From Hydrolagus colliei (lineage: Eukaryota): a stretch of 64,000 nucleotides of DNA. Each line of letters starts with the position of its first letter. Within the stretch, counting starts at the first letter, position 1. The notes beneath the pieces were generated by a model. It ran no database searches. It was not told the DNA's origin and saw only the letters and a list, made by a program, of their open reading frames with translations. The stretch lies in NCBI GenBank assembly GCA_035084275.1, contig CM068750.1, positions 10,602,001 through 10,666,000 on the forward strand, read 5' to 3'. The position numbers and the translations under genes were made by a program. This document shows, piece after piece, positions 49,560-61,215 of the stretch.

Positions 49560-49852
49560 ACCTATACCCTGTACACCCTTCCCTGCAGTGCCTTTGGCAG
49601 CAAATCATTCAGGCACTTGTCCTGTTTACTCTGTGAATTCTTTCCCCCAAAATGTCTGTATCTAGCATTCTACCTCCTTATCAACAAGTGTCTTCTAAAA
49701 GGTTACCTGTCCCAATATTAATTTGGTCAACTTCTCTTTTCCCTTGTTTAGATTCTCTTTTCCTGTCGTCTCATTGTTCCTACCTTGCTTGGTGTTCCAC
49801 ACCATCTCTACATGGAAGGTAGGTGCTATATAAGTGCATTTTGTTGTTGTAA
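49560..49852 (+). mobile_element. Old L2 3' end
   Basis: SAFGSKSFRHLSCLLCEFFP..L resembles L2 C-terminal GxRSFS..AP.LWN.LP; tail aggtgctatataagtgcattttgttgttgt. Confidence 0.55.
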
Positions 49853-52800
49853 TTGAAACAAACACTCCATCAATGCAATTCCCCCCATTGTGTTCATAGT
49901 TTCCACTTCCTATTTTAAACATAAGAATAATGCCATAGCTTGACCTGGTTCCATTTGCAATGTGACCCTGTGCATTTTCAATACTTGAACATTTTAGCAA
50001 CTGAAGAAAATAATATTTTTAAAGCTGGTTTTCAGCCAATTAAAATTTAAAAAAAGCTTAAAAAACTGGAAGATAGAAAGCAAGTAAAAGCCTTCAAGAA
50101 TTGAAATAATAAGAGGTAGCTTAAGAAAAATAAATCAAAAATGGAACTTAGTACAGAACTGTAATACTAAGTTGGGAATACAAAGTCACAATAAAATAAG
50201 AAAATCACCATAGAGAGAAAAGAAATGGTAAGAAATGTAAAGGGAAGAAAGATCAGGAGCATTAGTAAAGCTTTGAAAATATTTTACTTTGATTGTAAAT
50301 TGCATTTTGTTCATTTATTTTAATAGTTCAGGGGGAAACAAAAACTATCATGCATTACAGGATATTATGGAAAAATGTAATAAATAACCCCCCCAAACTG
50401 GAGGTTTTGCCGACTGTGATGTAGTCCACAGGTTTCAAAGAGCACAGAAAGTAATTTGCATAGTCTTCATAACACAATACATTTAAATATTTGATACCAA
50501 AGAAATGAATTTAGTTCTCTTATACATTAGCGTTTCTATTTAAACTAAATTATTCAGCAGCTCATAATCTCATTCAGTTTCTCATACCATTAACTGCCAG
50601 GTCTTCACCTAACTTTTCTGTTTATTACCACACTGCATTTTTTCCTTATCTCCTTTTGCCATTCACCGTAATTTCATATTTGTTCCTCGGTCACGTTATT
50701 AGATGAGGATACTTTGCTTCAGTTGTTGGTTTATCAGTGATGCTGTTATTTACTGAAACAGAGAGTCAGACAAGTGTAAGAAATTATATATTTTTCATCT
50801 GACACTGTAAATGTTATGGTGCAGCAATTCTACTTTAATATGCAGAAACATTTTCTTCATTTGGCTTGGATTTTCCCATTTGCGCCAGACAGACTTAACG
50901 ACATTCGGAAGAACATTTGTTCCAATAATCTTTCTCTGGAATTTCCATGTGTAGGGTGGGTTGCATTGAATTCTCAGTTTGGTTTGGATACTCTTAATCA
51001 CAGTGAAGGATTTTCAGACACCTGGTTGACAAAAAAAATTATGCAGTTACATAGGTTAGGTGGAAATACTTTTTAAAAAAAAACTTTTTCCAAATCCTGG
51101 TGCAACACTGAAGACTTATGCTATCAAAGTGCATGTTAATAAAAGTGCTCACAAAACACCCCACTCAGACCTCCAATGCAGCAACAGCTGGAGAGAAGAG
51201 GAGGAATTCCCAATGTTTACCAAACTGTGAAGTCTCACGTACTTCCAGTGTGACTCACTGATTGTTGTGAAAAGCTGTCACCTGGGTCTGTGCAGCTCGC
51301 AGTAACAAAACACACAGCTCTTTTCATTTCTATTGCTTTGCAAGCTGTCTCAAAATGTTTTTTTAAAAACTAGCAATGCCAATAATTTGCCTTTTGCAAG
51401 TATAACTCATGCTGCGCTATAGTTAAATGGGTATGGATATCACTACATAATTTAATTCATGCGGTCGCTTTTCATGGGTGAGTCTGGATAATGAGTACTA
51501 TTGTCTATTCAACTGTGAGGGTATGGGGATCACAGACAAGACCATCCTTCTTCGTACACATTCACTTTCCTGTAGCAGTTGTTGAGTGGTGACCAGTAGA
51601 AGTTCTGAGAATTTACCCACTGAGCTCTCACCAACCTATCTGGAGTGAACCTGTGGAGGATTGACTAATGCCTTGAATCTCCAAGCTTCGGCTTCAAAAC
51701 CAAACAATGCTTCATCCATGGAAAACAGCAACGCAGCTCAAGCTATGTCTATGGCAAAGCAGCGAACTAAGGGGCCTGAGGCAAATAGCTAGAAGTGGGT
51801 GAGTTGTCAGCAGGCTGACTTGTGAAGCAACCTGCTCAGCCAACTGTTCTTCACCGATCCGCAATCTTATTTGCATGGAGTTATCCAGCTGGATAAAAAC
51901 AATCTGGACAGCATCCTTCATGTCTTGTATACCCAGATAGAATTGGGCATCCCCTACTTCCTGTTGCCTCAATTTGTCTCAGAGCAATTCCTCAATGTGA
52001 TGACTGATGTGTACCTTTCACTTCTCGGTTTGAATTCTGTGCTAAACTTCTCTTGTAGAAAGCAGTACTTTTGCTTCTGTAAAGTAATGGATTTGCTGTT
52101 TTTCTCACCCCCGTTGTTTTTAGAAATGTGATTAGATTTGTTTGGAAATGTCAAGTCTCTCAAAACACTAGCAAAATGTTTTCAATGGGGATTTACAACA
52201 AAGCGCAGGGCTGCAGCAAGTCTTCTTTGTGCGACGAAAGAAAATGGTTAGGTTGAGTGGTCTCATAACTTATATTTTGCTCTCAGTCTGCTGAGTTTAA
52301 AATTTACTTTGAACTCAAACGAGCCACAATGACAGAAATGCAGCCTTTCAATGAGGCAAATTATGAAATTGTAACTGAGTGGAATAGAAATCAGTCCAAG
52401 TCCCTGAATACTTTGTGCACATGAAATAACACTCGATAACTACTGAATCATGCTATTGAACACCCAAAACATGTGATATAAAGAGTCTTCCAAGGATTGA
52501 AGAGTAACTCTTGAGCACAATTAAAACAATTTTTTTTCACAAACAATGCATGAACAATGCACAGTGAGGAGCCAGCCCCAAGCACAAAACACTGAATGTC
52601 AACATTGAAAGCAAAAAGACTGCCGGTAGCATTTATTGATAGTATAAATAACAAATACCTATGAGGGATGGAAAGCTGGAGTGCAAACTTGGGGATTGGT
52701 TCTAATGGTGGTGTATTGCATTTCATGAGATAATTAGATTTGTTCAATTAAATGAAAGCCTTGCACTCTTTGCAGCTGCATGTAAAGGCTAAACCTGTCC

Positions 52801-53094
52801 CATAATCTGGCCAGGGGTCAACAGTAACCAACCATTCCATTGGGCTAATTGTGAATGAAAGGCAAGGCTTCTGTTCAGGGTAGGTGAAAATAACCATTGT
52901 CCGCGCCAATACAAAGCTGGGATGGATTTCTCTTCTCTCCACACCTTCCCCTCGCCTCCTCGAACATATCTCTCACAGACTTTGAGCTGAATTCGAAGTA
53001 TTATCTCCAGGTCATACTTTGAAGGATTTCTACACAGTGCTGATCGGCTATTAATGACCCCATTAACTCTTCTCCTCTCAATTTTCTCTTATTC

Positions 53095-53250
53095 CGTCCC
53101 CTCCTCTCCTGAAGGCAGTAGCTCATCCTGAGATGTGGTTCCCTGGGCACCAGCAGCTTCTGGTACCTTGACTGAGTGATTATTCTTCATGTGGGAGTCT
53201 CGACGGGGACTATCAGCAGACAATTTGACCTTGGGGGCATCACAGCTGAG
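53095..53250 (-). mobile_element. AmnSINE2-like relic, 3' part
   Basis: Reverse complement ctcagctgtgatgcccccaaggtcaaattgtctgctga...cacatgaagaataatcactcagtcaaggtaccagaagctgctggtgcccagggaac...ccttcaggagagg follows the AmnSINE2 3' half as I recall it. Confidence 0.6.
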
Positions 53251-53414
53251 CATAATTGTGTCATAGTATAATAGAAATTTTAGCATAAAAGAGGCCATTT
53301 ATCGCATTGTGCTAGTGCTGTTCTGACTCCCGCAGGAACCATCTATACTCTATTCCCGCTTCTTGGCTTTCCCTGTATTGTGTTTTAATAAGGATATTAT
53401 CAGCCTTTTCATTT

Positions 53415-53459
53415 GATAGTGAAGGCGCTCTATAAATGTAAATTGTTGTTGTTGTTGTT
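53415..53459 (+). mobile_element. Solo L2 tail abutting a minus-strand SINE tail
   Basis: gtgaaggcgctctataaatgtaaattgttgttgttgttgtt. Confidence 0.8.
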
Positions 53460-53710
53460 ATGCATTTGATAGAGCTTTTCATGTTGGGAGGATGTCTCAA
53501 AGTGTTACAGGATTTATTGCAAAGTGTAGTGAATGTATAATTCACGGGCAAATGCATCAACCAATTTGGGTACAGCCATATCCTACAAACAGTCAGATAA
53601 TTGAATGGCCAGTTTTATCTGAGAGATTGTTAGCTGGAACATCAAGGGAAACTTCCTTCTCTTTTTGTAAAGTATTATAAAATCTTTCATGTCCACCTGA
53701 ACAGACAAAT
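53457..53710 (-). mobile_element. Deu-type SINE 3' two-thirds
   Basis: tgcatttgatagagcttttcatgttgggaggatgtctcaaagtgttac...ggcaaatgcatcaaccaatttggg...atctttcatgtccacctgaacagac. Confidence 0.75.
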
Positions 53711-54029
53711 CTTGTTATTCAAACAAAGACTTTCAGTTGAAGAGCATTACAGGTTCCATAATGTAATTTGGATTACAGCTTTATCACTGATATGTGCAAT
53801 GATGTAGGGGGGTGGTGAGGAGGGGGTTGGAGTTCATAGAGCTCCAATATCCAGGTCACAGGATGGATTAATCTAAACAGGAGGATGGGATCAGAGGATC
53901 AGATCTCAGAAGGGGTTGGGCATCCTATGCTCTCAGGCAACTCGCATTATCCTTCAATTTGGAGATTGAGATCCTTCCCTTTATGCCCATGGCCAAATCA
54001 TTTATGTAAATAAGGACAGGAGAACAACA

Positions 54030-54200
54030 ACTCATCCATTGCCAACATGCATATTTTCACCAAGGGTTATTGGACAATGATCAGAAGCAAAAACTCTGAA
54101 TTAATTCCTTGACCTAGGGTTATTGAGGCAAACTGTTGTGGTGCCAGAAATTGAGATCACTTAACTCACACACAAGCCTAGGATGCTTCTGGCTTCTCTT
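54030..54200 (-). mobile_element. AmnSINE2-like relic, 5' part
   Basis: Reverse complement tgtgtgtgagttaagtgatctca...gcctcaataaccctagg...gcttctgatcattgtccaataaccc resembles the AmnSINE2 5' half and 19620-19885. Confidence 0.45.
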
Positions 54201-55199
54201 GAAATCAGTATCTTAACATATGGTACTTTGACCCACCTGCAAATCCGGAATTCCTGGGTAGATAGAGACTACAGCGTATGTGTTGAACAGTGTGAATCCT
54301 GTATTGATTTCACTCTGATGACAAACAGTTTAGGGAGATTAGTCTCCTCTTTTCAATCAATGTAACAAACCAATGAGCACTTATAATGAAATTTCTCAAA
54401 TTCTTAATTTGTTAGAAACTGCTGAATATTGCTTTCTTAAGCAATGAACTCCACAATTTCCACAATCCCTCATTATTCTGAAATGATTTTATACAAAAGG
54501 CACCTTTTCAACACTATTAGGTTTTGTACATTTTGTCTCCACTGTCAAACCCTGTAGAAGAAAGCATTGTACAGTACGTACCACTATTCAGTCAGTGAAA
54601 CTAAGCTGCCAATAATAAGGTAGCACGTTAATTCAACCTCTATTCTATCCATAGAGATTAGTAGCAGAAATGAATTTAAATGTCAAGGCAGTATAGAGGG
54701 CTCTTTAGCCTCACAGTGAAATATATCTACATTCTAAAGTATGATGCAAATGACATTGTACCATGTAGCAAAATGGAATCCACTGTTTATCCATAAAAGG
54801 AAATATCTTGTGTTTGAATTAACTAATTCAGTGTCCAATTTCTGGTCAGACCTCCAAAATAAAGAGCCCAAAAATAACATGTTTATCTCAAATAAATCCC
54901 AAAAAGCTATCAATTTTATGTTGGCAGTTGAAACTAGCCAACATAAAAGCAATAATAACCAAATGCAAAAAATAAATACACATGCAATTAAATTGTACCA
55001 GGTACAACGGATTCGCTGTACTTTGTCTTCGATACAAGTTTTACCATAATAGTAACCAATAAATACAACCCAGTCTGCACACTCAAATTTTGGCTGAAAT
55101 ATATTCTTGAAATTCTCATTCTCCATAACCTGCAATGGCCTTGATGGTTAGCATTTTTATATCTGAGTACAGTAATTTGATAAATGGAGATTTGCACGA

Positions 55200-55325
55200 T
55201 AATAATCCTTACATTTGATGTAGAGCTCTTAACATCTTCTAGTCATCTCAAAGTGCTTCACGGAATATACTGTAAAGTGAATTAATTAGCTGTATATATG
55301 TGGGCGAAATGCGGCAGCCAATCAA
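55200..55325 (-). mobile_element. SINE 3' fragment
   Basis: aataatccttacatttgatgtagagctc...catctcaaagtgcttcacgg...tgtgggcgaaatgcggcagccaat. Confidence 0.75.
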
Positions 55326-55779
55326 AATTGAATACATCTTGTGTTCAAATAAAAGATGCAGATATCCAGAGGAGAAAATATATTATTCAGTGGAAACAGG
55401 CATTTACAAGTAATAGATACACCTTGCTGGGATTTGAAAGTTTTTACATCTATTTAAATGAAATTATACATCTTTACACTAAAAACTAACTCCTTTTACT
55501 TTGCAAAGCGGGAAGAACCCTAAGTTCCTTTGTACAAGATACAGGGAGTACACACCTACCATCTGATTCTGTTAAAACACTGTTAGTTATACAGTATTAA
55601 CAGTGATTTTGAACTTGTATACCAGATTACATGAACATTATAGGTTTGCAAAATGGATGCCCATTATGGAGAAAATGCTGGATAAAATACAAACATTGCC
55701 AATATTGTTGGTCAGCGGGCCTGAAATGCAAAGAGCAAAGTGGTCTGTCACCCACCCCAAACCTTAACAACTATTTTGT

Positions 55780-55945
55780 TTCTTTATCCTGAGGGTGAAT
55801 TAATGACTGGAACAAGTTACCAGTAAAGGTGGTTGGAGCCAGGACACTAGGCTCGTTTAAGAAAAAAAATGCTTGGATGGCCATTCTGCAAAAGATGAGA
55901 TCAAGTGGACCAAAGGGACTTATTCATCGAAGCCAATCTTGTGTG
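55780..55945 (+). mobile_element. CR1 ORF2 end and 3' UTR
   Basis: WNKLPVKVVGARTLGSFKKK..D matches CR1 WNxLPxxVVEAxTLxxFKxxLD; followed by atcaagtggaccaaagggactt. Confidence 0.75.
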
Positions 55946-56232
55946 AACCAACGGCAGAACAAAAATCCTAAAAGTTGTTTCATATTGTTAAGAAAACTTA
56001 CAAGTACGTATTTAGACTAACCATGGCAAATATAATTTTTATGTAGATTTTATCTTTGTTAACCTTAACTTACGCAGAAAGATTTATTAACAGGAATCAG
56101 TCAAAAGGGTATAGCAAATGAATGGCAATTTCCCCATCATAAAAACAGCTAATTCACTCCCCCTTAAAGCTATAAATTTTCATAAACAAGAGATGTCACA
56201 GAATACTTTAAATGGTTTATAGTAATTATGAC

Positions 56233-56278
56233 TGTTGCATAATAAGGTCATCACATGTTGCATAATAAGGTCCTCACA
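56233..56278. repeat. 23-bp tandem duplication
   Basis: tgttgcataataaggtcatcaca / tgttgcataataaggtcctcaca, 1 mismatch. Confidence 0.9.
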
Positions 56279-56960
56279 TACTTTATAATAGTCGATAAAC
56301 TCTGATCAGATCTCTGCTGTTCAAATCAACCCTCAAGCACTGTATTTATTTTGTTATTGATAGTAAACACTGTGACTATTTCCCGCCTGCTGACTGTGGG
56401 AATGAAACAGGAGAATTGTGACTTTGTGACATTTAATAACTGATTTTTTTTTACTCATCTTGAAAGGCCAAGCAGCTTTTGGATTGATTGAGGATGAATC
56501 TGTGGAGGAATATTATCAGCAAACGTGAAGAAAACATTGAGGCAGTTCACTGCCATGTGAAGTAATCTGAATGACAATGAGATTATATTACAAATGCATG
56601 ATGAAGCAGCTCCCTCACACTGCTGAGTTCAGTAATTACTTCACACAGTCTCCAAATATCCTCATTGGACTTATTTTTGAAACAATATTTTAAAAAGAAT
56701 AAACTGAGGAAAAATTGGTACTGAAGTTAACGAGAATCATTTTTAAAACATGTCAGAATTTTAAAAAGGAACTCTTAATGGGACAATAACTATTTAATTC
56801 AATAGAATTTAACCCCTAGATCGCCACACATATTTACAAGTCTTTGAGTGTTGCTATGTCTCGGTGGCCACAGATACATTTGCCCTTGTGTGACTCGATT
56901 TTTCATTTTTACATGATGGAAAGAATTGAAAATGGAAACAAGAATTGGAAAAAACTGAGG

Positions 56961-56996
56961 TGATAAACTGGGCTGAGATGATAAACTGGGTTGAGA
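56961..56996. repeat. 18-bp tandem duplication
   Basis: tgataaactgggctgaga / tgataaactgggttgaga, 1 mismatch. Confidence 0.88.
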
Positions 56997-59679
56997 TAAA
57001 ACGTTTTTGAAATATTCTATTGATCTAAAATGTTCTATATTTATTTTATTTTTAGTGAATGAGAGGTAATATTTCAAATAAGGAAGTGCTATGTTTTTAA
57101 CACATTTATCATTGCAACACAATTTTTCCCCATTAAAATAAGCGTCACAGATGGTGATGCCATTCAAAATGGGACAAATTCCCACAGATAACATTTATAT
57201 TCATATGCCACCGTTCGTGTTGAGAGGATATCTCAGGGTGTTTCACACTGCTGGATGGGCACCTGAGCTGGGGGTAGAAATGACGGGGTGTGGAGGGCAA
57301 GGTTGAGGCGATGGAACATTTCAAAAGCAAGAGCAAACTCTTGGAAATTGAAAATAGTTCTGTGAAAAGTCAACTAAGCGGATGTGTAGAACTGGCATTA
57401 ATTCAGTTTGGAGTTGTTACATGACAGAAAAGCTCATCGACTCTTCAATACAAGTCATTGATTAAAAGCAGATAAGCGACTACTTTTGAGAAGGACCCAA
57501 ATCAATTTGCACGGCCTGCACTAATACTGCAATGAATTGAATCAATGTCCTGATGAAATCATATGCTCAAGGTGGTTTTGAGAGTGGGCTTTGAGATGCG
57601 ATGTCTCACACCTGGTTTACTTGTAGTGATTCATCACCTTGAAAGGTAAAAGGCTTTGTAAAATAGCCCGAGATGTATGGATCAAATTTTCTTCTGATGC
57701 TCTTAATAGGATGAGGCATTTTCAGCCACTGCAAACCCAAATAAAGAAACACTTCACAAAGCAGAAGAGGCTTACAGAATCTATTCCACACTGTTAGAGA
57801 CTCCTGTAATATAAAATGTCAATTACCCTTCATGGTACAGGTGATGCCTAATGACTTATGGCATGACTAAATGATATCCAGACAGCTACTTGTGTTCAAT
57901 AAGCTTTCAGTAGAATGAACTTTGCGTGCAAAGATTTCAATTGATGAATTTGGCTTCCAATGTCCAATCACAACAATTGGCTTTCTTTGCTTATTTCAGT
58001 TTCTGCAGCAAGCTATTAGTCTCGGCAAACAGGAATCCTTGGCTGCATCTTGAAGTTAGATTAGAGTGGGTGATTTGTTCTACACAACTGTAAGCTGCTA
58101 CGTTGGGAAGCTTGAAAGAGAAATTGTCAAATAAATACAGTGAGCTTGCTTCAGGATAGTGCTTTTTTCAGGCAGTCACACAAAAAGCATTATGGGGCAG
58201 GAGAGAGGAAAAGAAAAGCTCTTTATTAAAATGTTAATTTATGTGTGTTCTCTGTTGCAAAGAAATCATAATGTGAATTATACCAGATGTACAGGAGAAG
58301 ACCCGAAATTCCATGACAATTTTAATTAGGATAACAGTCTTCTAGTTTTAAAATTTTTTAAATTCTGCAATTAAAGAATTTTCCACAATTTCGTATGATC
58401 ATAAATTTTAAAGACCAAATGATCTTAAAGGCTGAGACCAGATGCACTTTTGGGCTGAAAATATTGTATTTGATGGTAGTCTTTAAACATAAAAACAATG
58501 AATTGAATTGTATGTGCTGAACAGTGAAAATCATGGCATGCATGCAGTATTTTGCGTGTTAACAACTAATGATTATTTAATTTTGGGTGAGGTGCAAATT
58601 CAGACCAGTTTTTGTGCGAGAAAACATTCATTGGATTTGATTCATTGCTTTAACTTTATAAAATATTTTTCTGTTATACCATACCAATCACCTTACAGAA
58701 ACATATCTAGGCTCCTACCATAATCTGCTGGAAAAGCAAACAATTGCATTACCTTTCAGTCTTTGTACTTGTGGAGGGAGGTTAGTGCAATAGAATGAAA
58801 TGCTTTTCTTTTCCAGTCAAGAAGCAGATCAAAGCACTCTCAACTTTGGCCCAATTGCAATGTACCATAACTTCAGAGTACAACCCTATTGCGCCAGGAT
58901 AAATAGTTTCACCTTTCATTACAACCACCTTTAGGACCTCACAGAAAATTTCAATTTAGTGCCAAATGTGGGCAGTTTGATGCACTTGACCTGCTCCCAC
59001 CAGGAACTGTATTGAGACTGTCCAAACTCATTTCATGCCACAGTCTTATGTTCCTTTTATGCCATTGTAGTGATTTGATATCATTTACAGCAGTACAGAG
59101 ATGTGAAGTGGGGAAACTTGAGGAATATTACTCGCTTTGAGACACACTCACTGGGAGCTACAGTGAGCTCTGTGTGCAATTAAGTGGACAGGCAGAGGTC
59201 CACTAACAAGTAGCAAACCCCACTTCCATTTTAATGTTTTTTCAAAAGCTGGGACTATGAGTGCACTTTAATAACAATGAACCCGCTTGAGAATTTTTAA
59301 GGCACTATTTCTAAGCAGATTTTGAACACTTTCACACCAGCCGTGTTTATGTTGCACACTGGTCAAACAAATATGCTGCTAAAACCATCTCCTTGAGAGG
59401 CAACCATATTGTCATGTGATTCTCTGTTAGGCGGCATGATTCCATACTGATTTATACAATCATTTTTCTCACAGTGAATCACCACAAAGTGCTCACTTCA
59501 AGCTGGGTCTGAATTTCAATCTTTGGTAGAATTGGCTGTTGTAATCCTGGATTTACAATGTACAGTAGTTGATAGCACTGATTCCATTGTGAAACCACCT
59601 CCTGTCACTCTGAATCAAAATCAGTGCAACTAAAACTTACTTACCATCTGTGAATCTGAAACGTTTATCTCATCCCATT

Positions 59680-60012
59680 GAAAATATCTCAAAAGAGATT
59701 CACATAATGAATTACTTTGAAGTGTAGTGACCAGGGAACCACGACATCTTATTAGACCCACAAATCAGCAAAGAGATGAATGAGGACATCAAATCTTTTT
59801 TGCGTGAAATTGGATGAAGAAAATTATTCTCCAGGAGAACCACTTGCTCTTCAAAATAACTCAGCGTGATCTTTGAAGTGCCTGAATTACCAAAACAGGC
59901 AAGCAAGACCTTAGCTTGACGTCTCATCCAAAGGAGAGCACCTCCTACGCCGCAGTATTCCCTCAGTACTGCATTGGAATGACAGCTTAGATTGCGAGAT
60001 CAAGTTCTGGGG
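59680..60012 (-). mobile_element. Deu-type SINE (SacSINE1-like)
   Basis: tgaagtgtagtgac...ttgctcttcaaaata...gacgtctcatccaaaggagagcacctcc...gcagtattccctcagtactgcattgga...cagcttagatt...tcaagttctgg. Confidence 0.8.
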
Positions 60013-60428
60013 CAGTGATGATGAGCTTGAAAGAAAGTAACTGCGTTTTGTGGGCATTCAACAAGGGGCTATTATTTGTGGTGTGTCCCCAACCAATATT
60101 ATTTGCATGTGTCTATTTCCAGAGATGCTAAATGTCCCTTGGACATTTTCTCTGATGTTTTTCCCACTAAAAACTCTAAGTCTCTAACTGTAAATGTGAT
60201 ATGCAGCTTAGAGCAACATTATATAGCCTTCGCTTACCAGATATCATTGTACTTGATATGGATGTAGTAATCACATTATTCAGTAATTTCACAAACGTGC
60301 AGGACTTCTGTCACTGTACAAACATGGCATATGTGAGAATTGCCACAAACATTAAAATAGAAGTGTTATTATTTGCACAGAGATTATTTACCAGGAGTGG
60401 AGAAAGCCATGGATCAGATTTTTAGGTT

Positions 60429-60905
60429 ACAAAAACAACAAAATTACATTTATAAAGAGCCTTTCACGTCGGGAGAATGTCCCAAGGTGCTGAACAGACA
60501 GGGATCAGGACCCGAGCAAGGGGGAGGGGTAGGGTGGGGGGAAGGAAAGAGTAGGGAGGGCGGCAGAAAGAAAATTTGTTCGCAAACAAAGTGGACAAGG
60601 TGTGAAAGATGTGAAAGAATAAGACCTGAACCAGTCAAAAACAAGGTTGAAGGTTAAGGTGGGAGGAGAGGCAATGGAGGAGGATTGAATGGTCCATGTT
60701 ATCGCAGGAGGAGGACAAGGAGGCAGAGGGAACCCTGGTCACAAATGATCAGGATATCATTTGTGACCCTGACCAGGGCAGTTTCTGCGCACTGGGCAGC
60801 ATGGAAGCCCGATTGGAGGGGCTCGTGGAGGGAGTGGGATGAGAGGAAACAGCGAAGCTGGGAGGCAACGACTCCTTCAAGAGCATTCGACAGAAAAGGG
60901 AGATT
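60429..60905 (-). mobile_element. L2 LINE, internally deleted (RT fragment joined to 3' end)
   Basis: Minus translation PFLSNALEGVVASQLRCFLSSHSLHEPLQSGFHAAQCAETALVRVTNDILIICDQGSLCLLVLL (L2 RT); older-type tail at 60429-60497. Confidence 0.9.
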
Positions 60906-61134
60906 ATAACTGAGACAGATAAAAGAGATGTGCTATGAATGAGATAATTGTTTAGCGATGCAGTATCTTAATATCAAATCAGAGCACGTTTTCCTGTCTT
61001 CAAGTCACGCATTTGTCAAGGTCACATCATCACCAACAGTGAGATTTAATGCGCGACATAATGAGACTGAATCCAAGCCTATTAATTGTTATAAAGCAAT
61101 ATTTATACATATTTATTATTTTATAAGCTTTATT

Positions 61135-61215
61135 GTTCAAAGTGCTTTGAGATGTCTTGAAGACATGATAAGGTACGGTATCAAATGCAAAGATTATTAT
61201 TATTATTTATTTTTA
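61135..61215 (+). mobile_element. Solo SINE/L2 tail
   Basis: aagtgctttgagatgtcttgaagacatgataaggtacggtatcaaatgcaaagattattattattat. Confidence 0.78.

Noticed and set aside
49305-49721. Longest ORF in the track (138 aa)
   Set aside because: It is assembled from a SINE tail and an old L2 end; the Leu/Phe/Cys-rich composition is typical of non-coding DNA.
53089-53298. Minus ORF ending SCDAPKVKLSADSPRRDSH...SGEEGTE, which looks like a terminal exon
   Set aside because: The DNA follows an AmnSINE2-like 3' half, there is no good pyrimidine tract, and I do not recognise the protein.
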